A stretch of DNA of 64,000 nt from the human T2T-CHM13v2.0 reference genome, Homo sapiens. Location of the stretch: the NCBI RefSeq assembly GCF_009914755.1, contig NC_060936.1; one strand, 5' to 3'. The position numbers and the translations under genes are program-made. The notes below the pieces were generated by a model. The model saw only the letters and a program-made list of their open reading frames with translations, had not been told where the DNA came from and searched no databases. Below, piece after piece: positions 41,547 through 54,425 of this stretch (positions are counted from its first letter, which is position 1; each line of letters begins with the position of its first letter).

Positions 41547-41965
41547 TGTGATGGTTAATTTTATGTGCCAACTTGCCTGAGCCATGATGCCCATATATTT
41601 AGTCAAACATTATTCTGGATGTTTCTGTGAGGGTGATTTTGGATGTGATTTACATTTAAATTGGTGGGCTTTGAGTAAAGCAGCCCACCTTCCATAATGT
41701 GGGTAGGCCTCAACCAGTCAGTTGAAGGCCTGATTAGAATAAAAGACTTGACTTCTCCCCAGCAAGAAGGAAGTTTCCAGCAGACTGCCTTCAGATCTGG
41801 ACTACAACTATCTTCTGATTCTCCAGCCTGTTGGCCTTCCCCATGAGATTTTAGACTCACTAAGCCTCCACAATCGCACAAGCCCATTTCTTAAAGTGAA
41901 TTTCTTCCTATACATGTACACACATCCTATTGGTTGCATTTCTCTGGATAATGCTGACTAATACA
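41547..41965 (+). mobile_element. MLT2 (ERVL) 5' LTR
   Basis: tgtgatggttaattttatgtg...gactaataca. Confidence 0.88.
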
Positions 41966-43460
41966 GATTTTCGTACCAAGTGTAGTTCTAGTGGAGTATA
42001 ATCCTAAGGATGAGTTTTCTGAATCGGTTCTAGGGTTTCTGGAATTGGCTCTATAATCTGATTAAACACACTAATAACTCTATTTCCAGTTGTAGAAAGA
42101 AGATTACTAGTTCATGACATGATGTGGCAATAGAAATAGGCAAAATATCACCACTGGAAACTCCTAATCAACCACTTATAAGAGGCAAGGATCTGTTGAC
42201 ATGTTTACGATACCTTTGAATATTTTTGTCAAACGAACAAGTATAATGAGCTTTGCTGCTTGCCGCTAGTACCCCTGAAGACAGTGGAGAAAGAAAAAGA
42301 TGAGCTCAAGGATTTGAATTTCCAGTTCAGGTCATTTCCATTCCATAAATGACCTGAAAGTTACATGCCTACCCTGAAAAGAGAGTGTTATTTCCTGTAG
42401 CCACAAGGCTGGAATTGCTGAAAACCAAACCCAGGATTTCCTCTTGCAAGTGACTAACTTACAATGCAAATAGAATTCCCAGGCTTGCAGGGGGTGTCAA
42501 CTAGTGAGGACATTGATTGGGAAGGAATGTGATCCTGAAAGTTGAAATAGGGATATTTAGCAAGACTCTGATAAAGATGGGGACGTTCTGAGTCTTCTTC
42601 ACCATTAAAAATAGTAGATCCACTCCCAGTAGAAGCAACCTCTCCACCCCTATCTGAGATTAACCCTGAAAGTTGCCTTAAAAGATGCTAATTCCCCTCA
42701 AGATCCACCCCACCATCCTTCTTTGATACTAGACTCAGCACCCTAAAGATGAGGTACAAAGTGTGATCCATGAGGAAGTATGCTACACTCCAAAAGAAGT
42801 ACTTGAGTTTTCTAATTTATACAGATTGAAATACAGAGAATATGTCTGAGAATGGATACTAAAGGTGGTGAATAGTGATGGAAAGAAAATAAAGTTGGAC
42901 CAAACCAAATTTGTTGACATAGACCCATTGTGCAAAGATTCTGCATTTAATGTGGCAGCTTGGGGAGTTAAAAGGAACTCTAATTGGCTGGGCATGGTGG
43001 CCCATCTCTGTCATCCCAGCAGTCTGGGAGGACAAGGTGGGTAGATTTCTTGAGCTCAGAAGTTCAAGACCAGCTTGGACAACACGTTGAAAACCTGTCT
43101 CTACAGAAAATACCAAAATTAGCCAGGTGTGGTGGCACATGTCTGTAGCCCCAGCTACTCAGGAGGTGCAGGTAGGAGGATCACTTGGGTCCAGAAGGCC
43201 AAGGCTGCAATGAGCCATGAACCTGCCACCGCATTCTAGCCTGAGTGGCAGAGCAAGATGCTGTCTCAAATTTTACAAAAAGAAAAAGGTAGAAAGAAAG
43301 AAAGAGTTCTGTTTGGTTTGTTGGCTTAAACATGGGCCCAAAACATGACCAAGAGTGAATGAGTTAGAAATGCCAGATCTGCTTTGTTTACTGTAGATGA
43401 AAGGATTTAAAGGCATAGGGAGACTGGAATGTTAACAGTGAATTTGTCTAAGATCTACTC
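41966..43460 (+). mobile_element. ERVL internal (degraded gag), truncated
   Basis: PBS-like gattttcgtacc after the LTR; gag-like gaggaagtatgctacactccaaaagaa..gaatggatactaaaggtg. Confidence 0.8.
42986..43303 (+). mobile_element. AluJ
   Basis: Diverged Alu with ggaggatcacttg and aggctgcaatgagc. Confidence 0.9.
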
Positions 43461-43461
43461 A

Positions 43462-43847
43462 AAACTATGTCCCCCTCAAAACTCATATGTTGAAGTTCTA
43501 ATCCTTGTTACCTAAGAATGTGACATTTGGAGACAGGGTCTTTAACAGAGACAAGTTCAAATGGGGTCATTAGGATGGGCCCTAATACAATATACTGGTG
43601 TCTCTATGACAAGGGGAAATTTGGACACAGAGACATATATAGAGGGATGATCATGTGAAGAGACACAGGGAAAAGACAGCAATCTACAAGCCAAGGAGAG
43701 AGGCCTGGAACAGATCCTTCCCTCACAGCCCTCAGAAAAGAACAACCCTACTAGCAACTTGATTTCAGACTTCTAGCCTCTAGAACTGTTGCTTAAGACA
43801 CTCAATTTGTGGTACTTTGTTACAGCTGTCTTAGCCAATTAATATAC
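43462..43847 (+). mobile_element. MLT1A/B-like LTR
   Basis: aaactcatatgttgaag..gatttcagacttctagcctctagaactg..gtggtactttgttacagc. Confidence 0.82.
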
Positions 43848-44569
43848 TAAGCATTTAACAGATGCTACCTTTATTATCATTTTTATCAATGCTGCATGTT
43901 GAAGAGTAGAGTCATGGAACTCTAGTGAAATGTATCAAAAGCTTTTAGATGTGACACAAAAGCAATTATCCACCCACTGGCATTGTGAAACTTAACTTTA
44001 AATGCACTATTTGCATGTTCAGGAATCAGCAAGAATAGGTTTTTGCTAACTAATTTTTTGGTTGTTCACTTATTTTGTTGTCTCCTATATATTCTTACTT
44101 TGGGGTTTGCTACCTTCTTCCTCCCTGGTTTGTAATTTACCCCCATTTAAACCAATTGCCTTTTTCCTAAATCACACATATAGAAACACAGTTCGCTAAT
44201 GCTGTCATCTATGTGTTCCTTTAGACAAAGCTTACCATAATGAACATTTCCATTTATTCAGGAACAACATGTGTACAATCACGTTCAGGACTTCCTTCAG
44301 ATTTTTCTCATTCCCCATTGATTCTTCAGCATTTAATATACAATAAAGATACACACTAAGAATTTGTACTTCAGGAAGGTCTTTTGGATTATCTTCCTAA
44401 GAACTTTTCCTCTTCATAACTAGTTGAAGTTTTAGAAGGACAGAGATCTGTTCATTAAATAGAATTATGTCTCCCATCAGCTTCAATCTAGACAGCCTGT
44501 CAACTCAGCTATTTTCTTACATCCCTCTCAAATCTATCTCACAAAGATATTTTGCTGGCAAAGTTTTCA

Positions 44570-44876
44570 TTTATTTTATTTATTTATTTATTTTGTTTTT
44601 TGAGACAGGGTCTCACTCTGTCACCTAGGCAGGAGTATAACGGCACAATCTTGGCTCACTGCAACCTCTGGCTGAAGTGATCCTCCCACCCCAGCCTCCC
44701 GAGTAGCTAGGGCCACAGGTGTGCACTAACACACCCAGCTAATTTTTGTATTTTTGGTAGAGACGGGGTTTCACCATGTTTCCAAGGTTGGTCTCAAACT
44801 CCTGAGCTCAAGCCATCCACCTGCCTCGGCCTCCCAAAGTGCTCTGATTGCAGGCATAAGCCGCTGCACTCAGCCC
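44570..44876 (-). mobile_element. AluJ
   Basis: ctcctgagctcaagccatcc; TSD a(a/c)agttttcattt. Confidence 0.92.
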
Positions 44877-45106
44877 ACAGTTTTCATTTCTATCTGCTCC
44901 CTTGTTAAAAAATAAATGACTATATCCCCATTTTCTTGAAAGTGTGTACACAGAGCACCATTAGAAGCCAAAACCTAGGCTTTATTACTCCACATATTAT
45001 AAAGATACTCTAAAATAAAGTATTTCTAAGAACCCTGATTCCTTCCCTCCAATAAATATTGAAAAAGATGGTATCGATAACCACAAAATTCATGCAAATA
45101 TAAATA

Positions 45107-45473
45107 TGAGATATCCCAAAGTCTTAGTGAATTTCTAAGCTTTAATAAACTCAGAAGTATAAATACTACACTTACAAAGACATCATTTTAAATGTTACAT
45201 CATTTTAAATATTAATTACTTATATTGCTTTCAAACATGTTTTTCAATTTAAAGAATAAATTTTTAAGTTTTTGTTTCAGTCACTGCGGGTGGTTCACTT
45301 TGATGAAAATTTTAAAAATTAAATTTAAAAGTACTATTCAAAACACAATTCTAAAAAGGGCAGAAAGAAATCAAAATTAGTTTTCAAATGATGTCTCTCT
45401 TTCACTTGTAAATATTTATGCTTCTGGAGTTACTAATGCCTTAAAATATCACTAAGACATTTGGAACACCATG
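45107..45473. mobile_element. MITE-like DNA transposon fossil with long imperfect TIRs (probably Tc1/mariner class)
   Basis: cccaaagtcttagtga..ctcagaagtataaata..catcattt is the reverse complement of aaatgatg..tatttatgcttctggag..tcactaagacatttgg. Confidence 0.65.
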
Positions 45474-45932
45474 TTATTAATACACTTTTTTCTTAAACAT
45501 GTCCTTTTCTCCAATATAATCATATAATTTTTATTTTCATGGTAGGAAAATGTTTATTTTTCAGTTTGAATCTAGCAAACCTCAGCAGACCGATTTTGTA
45601 GCTGCCAATTAAAACATTGTTCAACAACTGCCCTGAATAATAGGCCAATCTTTGTCTCTTTCTACCATGCATTAAAGTGTATTTCTATTGGAATTCCTCT
45701 AACATATTCATCACCAAACTGTAATGCTGAAACTTCATTCAATGTATTTACATTTTATATGTTATCATTGCTGAGGGCCCAGCTTAAAATCCAGGTAAAG
45801 AAATAAGAAGTGAGGTTTCTTCCATAAGGAATATTGCAAAACAGAAATTAAAGGCACAATTTTACTTCTCAATCTGTGTAATCTAACTTGGTTTACAATT
45901 AAAGAATGATTTTAATTGTCAAACTTTTAAAT

Positions 45933-45938
45933 TTTATT
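45933..45938 (-). terminator. C12orf50: probable C12orf50 polyadenylation signal AATAAA
   Basis: First minus-strand AATAAA I found downstream of the stop codon, ~270 nt away. Confidence 0.65.
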
Positions 45939-46205
45939 AAAATGTTTGGAGTAATGCACGGAATGAATTCCAGACCTACATAAATACACTGGCAGCTGTT
46001 GGTAATTTGCATTTTTATCAGTTTTGAAAGAGCACAATGTACTTCCTGCATCTTATTTTCAGAATTTGCATTTTTATCATCTTTGGCTATCCACTACATA
46101 ACATGGAGTACTTGAGTATCTCATTCTTTGAATTTTCATTTTTGATTGTAAATCAGATGATGTCTGGCAATTTTTTCTCATTTTTCTCTCTCTCAACCTC
46201 CAGGT

Positions 46206-46231
46206 TTACTTGCTCCCATTTCTTCTTGGCT
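46206..46231 (-). CDS. C12orf50: C12orf50 last coding exon ((E)PRRNGSK*)
   Basis: ttattag|AG CCA AGA AGA AAT GGG AGC AAG TAA; continues the frame. Confidence 0.88.
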
Positions 46232-47261
46232 CTAATAATAAAATACACAAAATATTTCAATTATTTTCTTGTTTAGCGCACTGATATTTTGTTCTTCTTT
46301 TGCTAATTACTTGCCGTAAATCTAAAGGCAAAGAAAAACTAATCTTACTGTTTTAACTTATAAATTTTCAAAATGCCATTCAAATAGTCCACTTCTTTTT
46401 GATTCTTACTATGTTTTGCATTTGGATGGAGGGGTGGAAAAGAATGGAAGTGACACCGTATATAAGGCTGTGCTATGGGACATGCAGAATGAACAGAACG
46501 AAGGCTCCATCATATGGAGACAAGCACCTTCACTCGCACCAGCAATATCCCTATTACAAAGGACTTGTGGCCTCAAGAGAAGGTCACCAATGAGAATGAC
46601 ATCTCCAGTTGCCTTCAGCTTCTGCCCCTAATTCCCACAGACATGTGCATTCTCCTCTATTATTGCATTATCCCCACAGTATCCAACAACATTTTTCCAA
46701 AAGGCTTCTCCTGTCCGCCAGTGCCCTAGAGGAACAGACTCATGGCAGCTTGTGTTTTCTGCCTCCTTTCCTCCAGTAGTCCATCTGTCCACTGGGAAAT
46801 GTTGAAAATGTTGCTCTGTGACCTAGCAGGAATATGTGCAGGAAGAAACATAAGCTAATCTTTCTCTTCCTATTCTGGTGATGACAACAATTGGGAAGGA
46901 TAAGCATTGTGAGGTTATGCATTTCCCAATCAAAAGAAAATAAGAAAACAAACTATTTCATTATAAAATCTAATTTCTTAAGTCCTCATTCTTCCTCTGC
47001 ATGTAAATTTAGTCCAATTCAGTGATTTATTAGGCATCTCACTTTTACATTTCAGTCACATTCAGATTTAAAATTTTTTCTCAGGGTGTTCTCTGTACCC
47101 CACCTCCCTGCTACTGATCCTAATTTCTGGGAATTGGAACAGGAGAGAATGGTTGTGGTTGTGAGAGAGCTAGTAAGAGAATATAATTTCAACAGTCCTG
47201 ACATGGATGGGTCCTGTGCTGGGCTCTTATTTTTCTTTAATGGTGGCCTAGATACCCAGTC

Positions 47262-47422
47262 TAAGGTTTCTTGAAATTTAATGTGTATCTTAATCACCTG
47301 GGAATGTTGTTAAAATGCAGATTCTGATTCAGCAGGTCTGAGATGGAGATCCTACATTTTAAAAAAGCTCCCAGGTGATGTCATTGCAGCTAGTCCTCAG
47401 ACCATAGTTTAGTTAACAAGGA
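47262..47422. mobile_element. MER5A/B
   Basis: aatcacctggg..gttaaaatgcagattc..agctcccaggtgat. Confidence 0.8.
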
Positions 47423-48977
47423 TTTGGTCAGTGGATGCTGGCTCAGTTTCTCCTTGGCTCTCTGACAGAAGCAATCTGTCAAGATTACAGCTAAATACTG
47501 ACCCACCCCAATATGGCTCAACAAAGTCCTCTTTCTGGTGCTTATCCTTTTAATCCCAGCCAGAAGACTTCATTTGGACCCACTGTTCCTCTCTCCCATG
47601 AACCTTCTCCCACTTGAGGCTCACAGGAATGTGAGATGCCCTCCCACGCAACCTTAGCACTTGAAAAATCTCAAGAAGCTGTCTCCAGTCCTCTCATATT
47701 AGACATGGCTTGTCTTCCCCCTAACCCAGATAACAGCAAAAAATTTCTCTTCAAAGCTTTTCTCCCTAGATTGCATCTGGGAACTGCAACACAGCCATAC
47801 CTCTATGCATTGATTCAGTGCTACACATAGATGGTACATGTATTATGTGCTGAAGTGACCCTTCCTTTCCTAAATGTCTTCTGTAATTCATATTTAACTA
47901 TCTGGTATGGGAGGTGAGAAGGCTACTGAAAGACAAGAGAAGTCATTAAGACAGGGATAAGGGAGGAGCACATCCCTTAATACTCCAAATATCACTTCAC
48001 CCATAGGAGGATCATAGGAGAAAAGGCTATAGAGCTCAACAATTTCAAGTTTCACCCAGGATTTTCATCAACTCTTCACCTCTTTCCCCACCCCCCAAAT
48101 TCAGTGCTATCACATGTGAAAATTCACACAAAGTTAAAAGAAAGTATGATCAATTAAATAGCACTGCAGCAGGGTTCTCTTGCAGCACAGTATGATTTGG
48201 GAAAGATGGGGGGAAAATGGAAAACAGTTATCCCCAGTATATAAACATATAACACATATCTGTGCCTTGAGTCACAGTTGTAGTCAGTAGGAGTTCCCTA
48301 ACTGGAAATTTTTCTGAAATGTTCAGTTGTCTGAGAAGTAATCGAAAGCATTTTATCCCCTGTAGATTTCCAAACCTACTGAACCAGCCCAGGAGAGTCT
48401 GGGAAAAGACACCAAGCTGTTTAGCAAAAGAAAAACCTGAGGTCAGGGATACAACAAACCTCTACCCTGAGGAGGTTCCAAGGAACCCCAGTCTCCCAGA
48501 GCGCAGAGTTCCACAAGGAGGAGACCACAGTCCCTCAGAAACTACTGGCTGAGAAATTTCATCTTGGATGTCCTGTCAGCCTATACCAGCCAATATTTGT
48601 CTATGGTAGATATAGTAAAGCTTTAATGTCTTGTGTTAAAATACAGTTTTACACATTTGCTTCGCAGCACAGCAAAAAAAAAAAAAAATGCATCTTAACG
48701 TATTACATGATTGCTGCAATTACTGTTTATTGTCCAGGAAAGAACTGTATAAAAACGTTTTTGGGTAACACATAAAAATAGGCAAAGAGGAACACAGTAA
48801 AACAGTAAAATTACATTACTAGTAGACAAGATATCTACTAAACTCCAAGTAATTAAGTGTGCATGTATATCTTGAAATTTTTATTTATCTTCATGTTTTC
48901 TAAAACACTCCTTGCACTTGAAAACTTATTCATTTTCAGAATTGCATGATACATTAAAACCACTTATAAATAGTTAC

Positions 48978-49070
48978 CTGGATATATCTTTTCACTTTTT
49001 GAATATGTTTTTGAAAAAGGAATTCGTTTTCGCCAGGCTGAATCATTATATGATGTTGACGTATATTTGT
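48978..49070 (-). CDS. C12orf50: C12orf50 exon, 93 nt (DKYTSTSYNDSAWRKRIPFSKTYSKSEKIYP)
   Basis: ttccctcag| ... CCAG|gtaact, phase 1-1. Confidence 0.93.
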
Positions 49071-49255
49071 CTGAGGGAAAAAAATCCAGAATTAAATATT
49101 TTATAACTTTAAAATCATATTCCAAGGGTGTTTCAAAGTTATAAACATCTCAGGGGTGAAGCTATTCTCTAAGTAATTCATTTTACCATTTCAAAGCTAA
49201 GGCATCAGGGATACAAGTGAGTTTATTAAGACCATTTAAGTTATAAGTGAGCATG

Positions 49256-50190
49256 TTTTTTTTTGTTTTTTTTATTATTATTATACTTTAAGTTTTAGGG
49301 TACATGTGCACAATGTGCAGGTTAGTTACATATGTATACATGTGCCATGCTGGTGTGCTGCACCCATTAACTCGTCATTTAGCATTGGGATATCTCCTAA
49401 TGCTATCCCTCCCCCTTCCCCCACCCCACAACAGTCCCCAGAGTGTGGTGTTCCCCTTCCTGTGTCCATGTGTTCTCATTGTTCAATTCCCATCTATGAG
49501 TGAGAACATGCGGTGTTTGGTTTTTTGTCCTTGCGATAGTTTACTGAGAATGATGATTTCCAGTTTCATCCATGTCCCTACAAAGGACATGAACTCATCA
49601 TTTTTTATGGCTGCATAGTATTCCATGGTGTATATGTGCCACATTTTCTTAATCCAGTCTATCATTGTTGGACATTTGGGTCGGTTCCAAGTCTTTGCTA
49701 TTGTGAATAATGCCGCAATAAACATACGTGTGCATGTGTGTTTATAGCAGCATGATTTATAGTCCTTTGGGTATATACCCAGTAATGGGATGGCTGGGTC
49801 AAATGGTATTTCTAGTTCTAGATCCCTGAGGAATCGCCACACTGACTTTCACAATGGTTGAACTAGTTTACAGTCCCACCAACAGTGTAAAAGTGTTCCT
49901 ATTTCTCCACATCCTCTCCAGCACCTGTTGTTTCCTGACTTTTTAATGATTGCCATTCTAACTGGTGTGAGATGGTATCTCGTTGTGGTTTTGATTTGCA
50001 TTTCTCTGATGGCCAGTGATGATGAGCATTTTTTCATGTGTCTTTTGGATGCATAAATGTCTTCTTTTGAGAAGTGTCTGTTCATATACTTTGCCCACTT
50101 TTTGATGGGGTTGTTTGTTTGTTTCTTGTAAATTTGTTGGAGTTCACTGTAGATTCTGGATATTAGCCCTTTGTCAGATGAGTAGGTTGC
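49256..50190 (-). mobile_element. 5'-truncated L1PA3-like element, sense-oriented in a C12orf50 intron
   Basis: ORF2 end, 3'UTR and A tail; short TSD gcatg. Confidence 0.95.
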
Positions 50191-50584
50191 ATGGTGACAG
50201 ATTCTTAATTGGCTGTTCAATGCTTCAAATAAGGGTAAGCTACAGGAGGGTATGATATCTAAATGTAATAAAAATTTTGACTGCATCACTTCATCATAGT
50301 TTTGCATAAATTCTGCTAATGTTTATTAGAGCTTTTATTTAAAAACTGTGAAACTATGAGGTACAGCCCAAGTCCCATGTCCTTCCATGAAGTGACTTCC
50401 ATGTTCGCAGTAATTGGTGTGATGCAATACCGACCTCACTGCCCCAGATAGCCGAAGCATTTATATCCTCACCTGGTCCTTAAATACTTATTTTTCTCTG
50501 ACATATCTACATTTCTGCTACTGTCTAACAATGTTATATTTGTGTTTTCAAATATTACTATGCAGCTGTGTTCTCAAAGCATGA

Positions 50585-50830
50585 TCCGTAATACCAATAA
50601 TTTGCATTTCTCTTGTGTTGACATTTGCACTAATGGTGCAAAAGCAATATAGAGTATGAATTCTGGCACCTTCACACAAACCTAGACATTGGCAGCTCTT
50701 CTAGTACTCATTGTATTCTTCACAGACATCCAGTTGCAGTAAAATGATAATAACAATAACAATATCAGTAAATAAGATAATAGTAATAAATAAAATTAAA
50801 AGCACGTTTCACCTAAGAATATCCTTATTT
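50585..50830. mobile_element. Charlie1-like hAT fragment
   Basis: tgttgacatttgcactaatggtgcaaaagcaat..cattgtattcttcac..tttcacctaagaat. Confidence 0.6.
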
Positions 50831-51725
50831 ACAAATACACATCCATATATCATTCTATTTTAAAGCAAAAAGAAAAATAATTTAAATAAGCTAATGTATA
50901 TTTAAATTGTAAAAGAAATATATATACCTACTGTGTACTCATAATTTTAAAAAATTTATTAAATTATAAAAGAAACTTAGAAAGATATAGTCTTATGTTT
51001 CCATAAGTTCAAAATATTCAGAACTCCACTAACTAAACCGTGAACTTAGAAAAATACAAACATGAAATCATATAGAATTGAGCAGCATTTTGTTAAGTTT
51101 AGAGAACTGAAACCCAACTTCAAAAGAACAAAATCCATCTGAGACATAGGAAGAAAAAGAGATAAAGAGATTCGGTTCTCTTCTCCCCTGTAACCTTGTA
51201 CTTCCTGACATATACTATGACTTTGCCTATTACATGATGAAATGATTTAGAAGCAATCTATCCATGGTGAGAGAGATGAGAGGTTGTCAAAAATATGGCA
51301 GTTAATCCCCAAACCAACCCTTTCAGAAAATAATCATGAAGGCCTACAGAAAAGTCAAGGCACTAGCCTGACAGTGAAAATTGAACAATGCAGTTAGTGG
51401 AACAAGAAAATGTCAGCCATTCAAAAACAGTCCTCCTGAGTGACATGAAGCTGTCCTGGAGGAACAAAGTGCAGTGCTCTGAGAAAAAAACTCTAGGGAG
51501 GTGCAATCTGAAGTCATCTGCACACAACATGAGTTTTCTTCCATATCCTTTAAATCATGTGCAGGACTGCACATGGAAGAAATCCTCTCACTAGTTTCTA
51601 TGGTGGTGATGGCCAGGGTAAAGAAGAGGGGAGTAAGTAGTAGTGAAGTTTAGCCAAGCTGTCAGGAAATTCCATGGGAATGCAAACCACAGACAAGAGT
51701 AAACCACATCAACAAAGGACCTCAC

Positions 51726-51929
51726 CTGGACTGAGGTTGGGTTTGGGTTCCCTGTTAGCATGGACTTTATTGTAGGACCCATGCGTGGGCCTGCTGCGGG
51801 AAGGTGCATTCAACGCGACAGTCCTGACAGCATCTCTTTGAACGTGGATATAGGATGCATTCTCCGCATTTCGATTTTTATTATTGCGGTGATAACTCAT
51901 TTTATTTTGGGGTCTTGGGGCCTGTACTG
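51726..51929 (-). CDS. C12orf50: C12orf50 exon, 204 nt (AVQAPRPQNK...EPKPNLSP)
   Basis: tttctttacag| ... CCAG|gtgagg; open frame, CpG-retaining. Confidence 0.95.
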
Positions 51930-52187
51930 CTGTAAAGAAAGGTGGGAGGGAGTGAGGAATAAAACAGGCTGGTTTCACACCCATAAATAACATATTGCAC
52001 TGCAAATACTTCATAGCATAATGGAAGCCAATAGAAGCCAAAATAATTAAGTTTAGAGAAGTTGAGTTGACCCCTAAAGTAACATTTACGTCACATGACA
52101 GTAATTTGTTTTTCAGGTAGAAGATATTTGATATTTAATCTCTTTTAAAATTACAATTTAGAAATATCAAATATATAGACACCTTAC

Positions 52188-52292
52188 CTCTCTGCATTCC
52201 AGAGTTAGGAAAGTTCTGTGGTTCATCATAAATCCATTTTCTTTTCTTCACACCTTTAAAATGAGGCTTCTTCACTGGCTGGACATCATTCA
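52188..52292 (-). CDS. C12orf50: C12orf50 exon, 105 nt (MNDVQPVKKPHFKGVKKRKWIYDEPQNFPNSGMQR)
   Basis: ttttctaag| ... AGAG|gtaagg. Confidence 0.93.
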
Positions 52293-53725
52293 CTTAGAAA
52301 AGATACAAATTTTACAATTTTTTAAGAGATGCTTTCATCTCTGAAATTACTGTAGGTGATAATTACATATCTGTGCATTCACATGTCAAGCAAGAGGAAA
52401 AAATAAATGCACCATCCTAACACTTTACTTTTTAGAACAAAAGGTGATTTATTTTTAAGTGCCAAAAAAATCTATCTTGGAAATAGATTGATGAAATAAC
52501 TTTCAATAAGTAGCTTTCCTCAAAGAAAAACACTTTCCTCCAAAGGAATGTGTGGATTCTTTTAAAGGAACATAAAATTGCATTCAAAATATAATTATAA
52601 ATCTCATTATAATGCTATTGTTAAATAGTTTTAGAACTCTTATTTTCAACATGAATTTTTTGTACTTTTTTAGCCAAAACTACTACTTCTTAAGAAGTTG
52701 GATTAATGTAAAATACTTTCAGTGAACTTTACCTTATTATTTTAAGCTCTTAAATTGGGTGTACAGATAGTTTGGTCAAGATTGAGCAATCAGAATTTAT
52801 AAGTTCTAAGAATATTAAATTTTTCACTTTGTATATTTTTACATCAATATTTTATATGTATTCTCAATTTTTCAGGAATTTCTATGGTACATATCTCCAG
52901 AGAATCTTAAAACAATTTTGTAGAGGGGGCATTCTGTTACTTCACTGTGCAAGGCTCCTGAAAATTCACAAGTGACCGCTGCACAGAGAAACTGAACATC
53001 AAGTGTACAGTGTAGACTACATTAGTTCTCTACAGTAAACTAATTAATCTTTCTGTGCCCTAACTTTCAGCTTTAGCTTTAAGCCCTCAATAAAGCTCTG
53101 ATTCACTGTCTCCTCCTCAAACATCATGCCCCTGATCCACTCCCAAGCTCCCAGTGCAAGGATTTGGAATCCATATTTTTAACAAGTGCCACTGAACTGG
53201 GCTTCTTGAGGGCAAATCACAAGTATTCCCATCAGTGCCAGGCTGCGATCCAAGAATATTATAGGGGTTCAATAAATAAAACAAGGAACAGAAGGAAGAA
53301 GGGAAGGGATCAGGAAGATTCACAAGTCTTAACTGTATCAAGAGAAGTAGCTCACTGAACCGAATGTCAGTGAGAAGCCAAACTAATAAAAAATAATCCA
53401 AAACATAATAAAAAGCTGCCAATGTATTATTCCACTATGGGCGCAATTTAAAAGGTTATGCTAGTGAATCTTCCAAAAAGGTAGTGTATTATTCATTTTA
53501 ATACCAAAATTAAACTAGTGGGAGAGCATATAATTTACTAGGACCTACATCACAGCTCATTGTCAGAGTTAGTTAGTAGAGGATATTGTGTCTTTAATTC
53601 TTAGTTCTGAATAATTTTTAAACCTTTTTTCTTTCTTTTTTAAAATTCTATTTTAAATAAGCAAAACAAATCCATGGTAAGACAAATATATCTGAGGCCA
53701 AAAAGTGATAGAGCTAATGTCTCAC

Positions 53726-53842
53726 TTGAAGAGGGGTCCTCTCTGCACTTCATACTGATATTCTCAGTAGCATTTAATACATGCGTTGTAGGTACTAGTC
53801 GGGTAGTTAGGGAATGCTTTGGATGAGGACTGTCCTTGTTAT
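53726..53842 (-). CDS. C12orf50: C12orf50 exon, 117 nt (DNKDSPHPKH...REDPSS)
   Basis: gctttaaaag| ... TCAA|gtgaga. Confidence 0.92.
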
Positions 53843-54224
53843 CTTTTAAAGCAAATTAAGAAAATAAAATGTCAATATTAGTTTTTAAAAAAAGCATTTC
53901 AGTTGTTATTTCACTATTCAAACATTACATAATGGGAACACCTCTTTAAAATAATATATATATTTATGAATTGAGAGAAAAGCATCATTAACATTCCCTA
54001 GTTGCCACGTGGATTTCAAAATGTCATGAGTAACAAAACAAAACTCGGAAACTATAGCCATTATTTTCAATATGTAAATAAAAAATCGTGGCAGTATTTT
54101 TACTATCTCCATACAAAAGATTTAAAAGGTTTTACATTTTTACATTGAATGGTCCCATTTAAATTGGGGTTCTGAAAATATTTCAAATGTAACAACTTTA
54201 ACTTGCTATATGCTTTGGAGCAGG

Positions 54225-54425
54225 ACTCCTTAGTAGGGCTTTCCACAATGATGAAAATGTTCTAAATCTGTGCTGTTCAATATGGCAGCCACTAGCCTCC
54301 TGTGACTATTGAGCGCATGGAATGTGGCTAGTGCCAATGAAACACTGAATTTTTTATTTTATTCAGCTTTAACTTAAATTCAAAGAGTCATAAATAGCTG
54401 GTGGCTACCATATTAGTATAGCTTT
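54225..54425 (+). mobile_element. MER3 DNA transposon
   Basis: aatgatgaaaatgttcta..gcagccactagcc..aatgtggctagtg..gtggctaccatatt. Confidence 0.8.

Noticed and set aside
49849-50307. 152-aa chimeric ORF
   Set aside because: Chance read-through from intron into a truncated L1 ORF2; non-ATG start
51709-52041. 110-aa ORF as a stand-alone gene
   Set aside because: It is the 204-nt C12orf50 exon plus flanking intron
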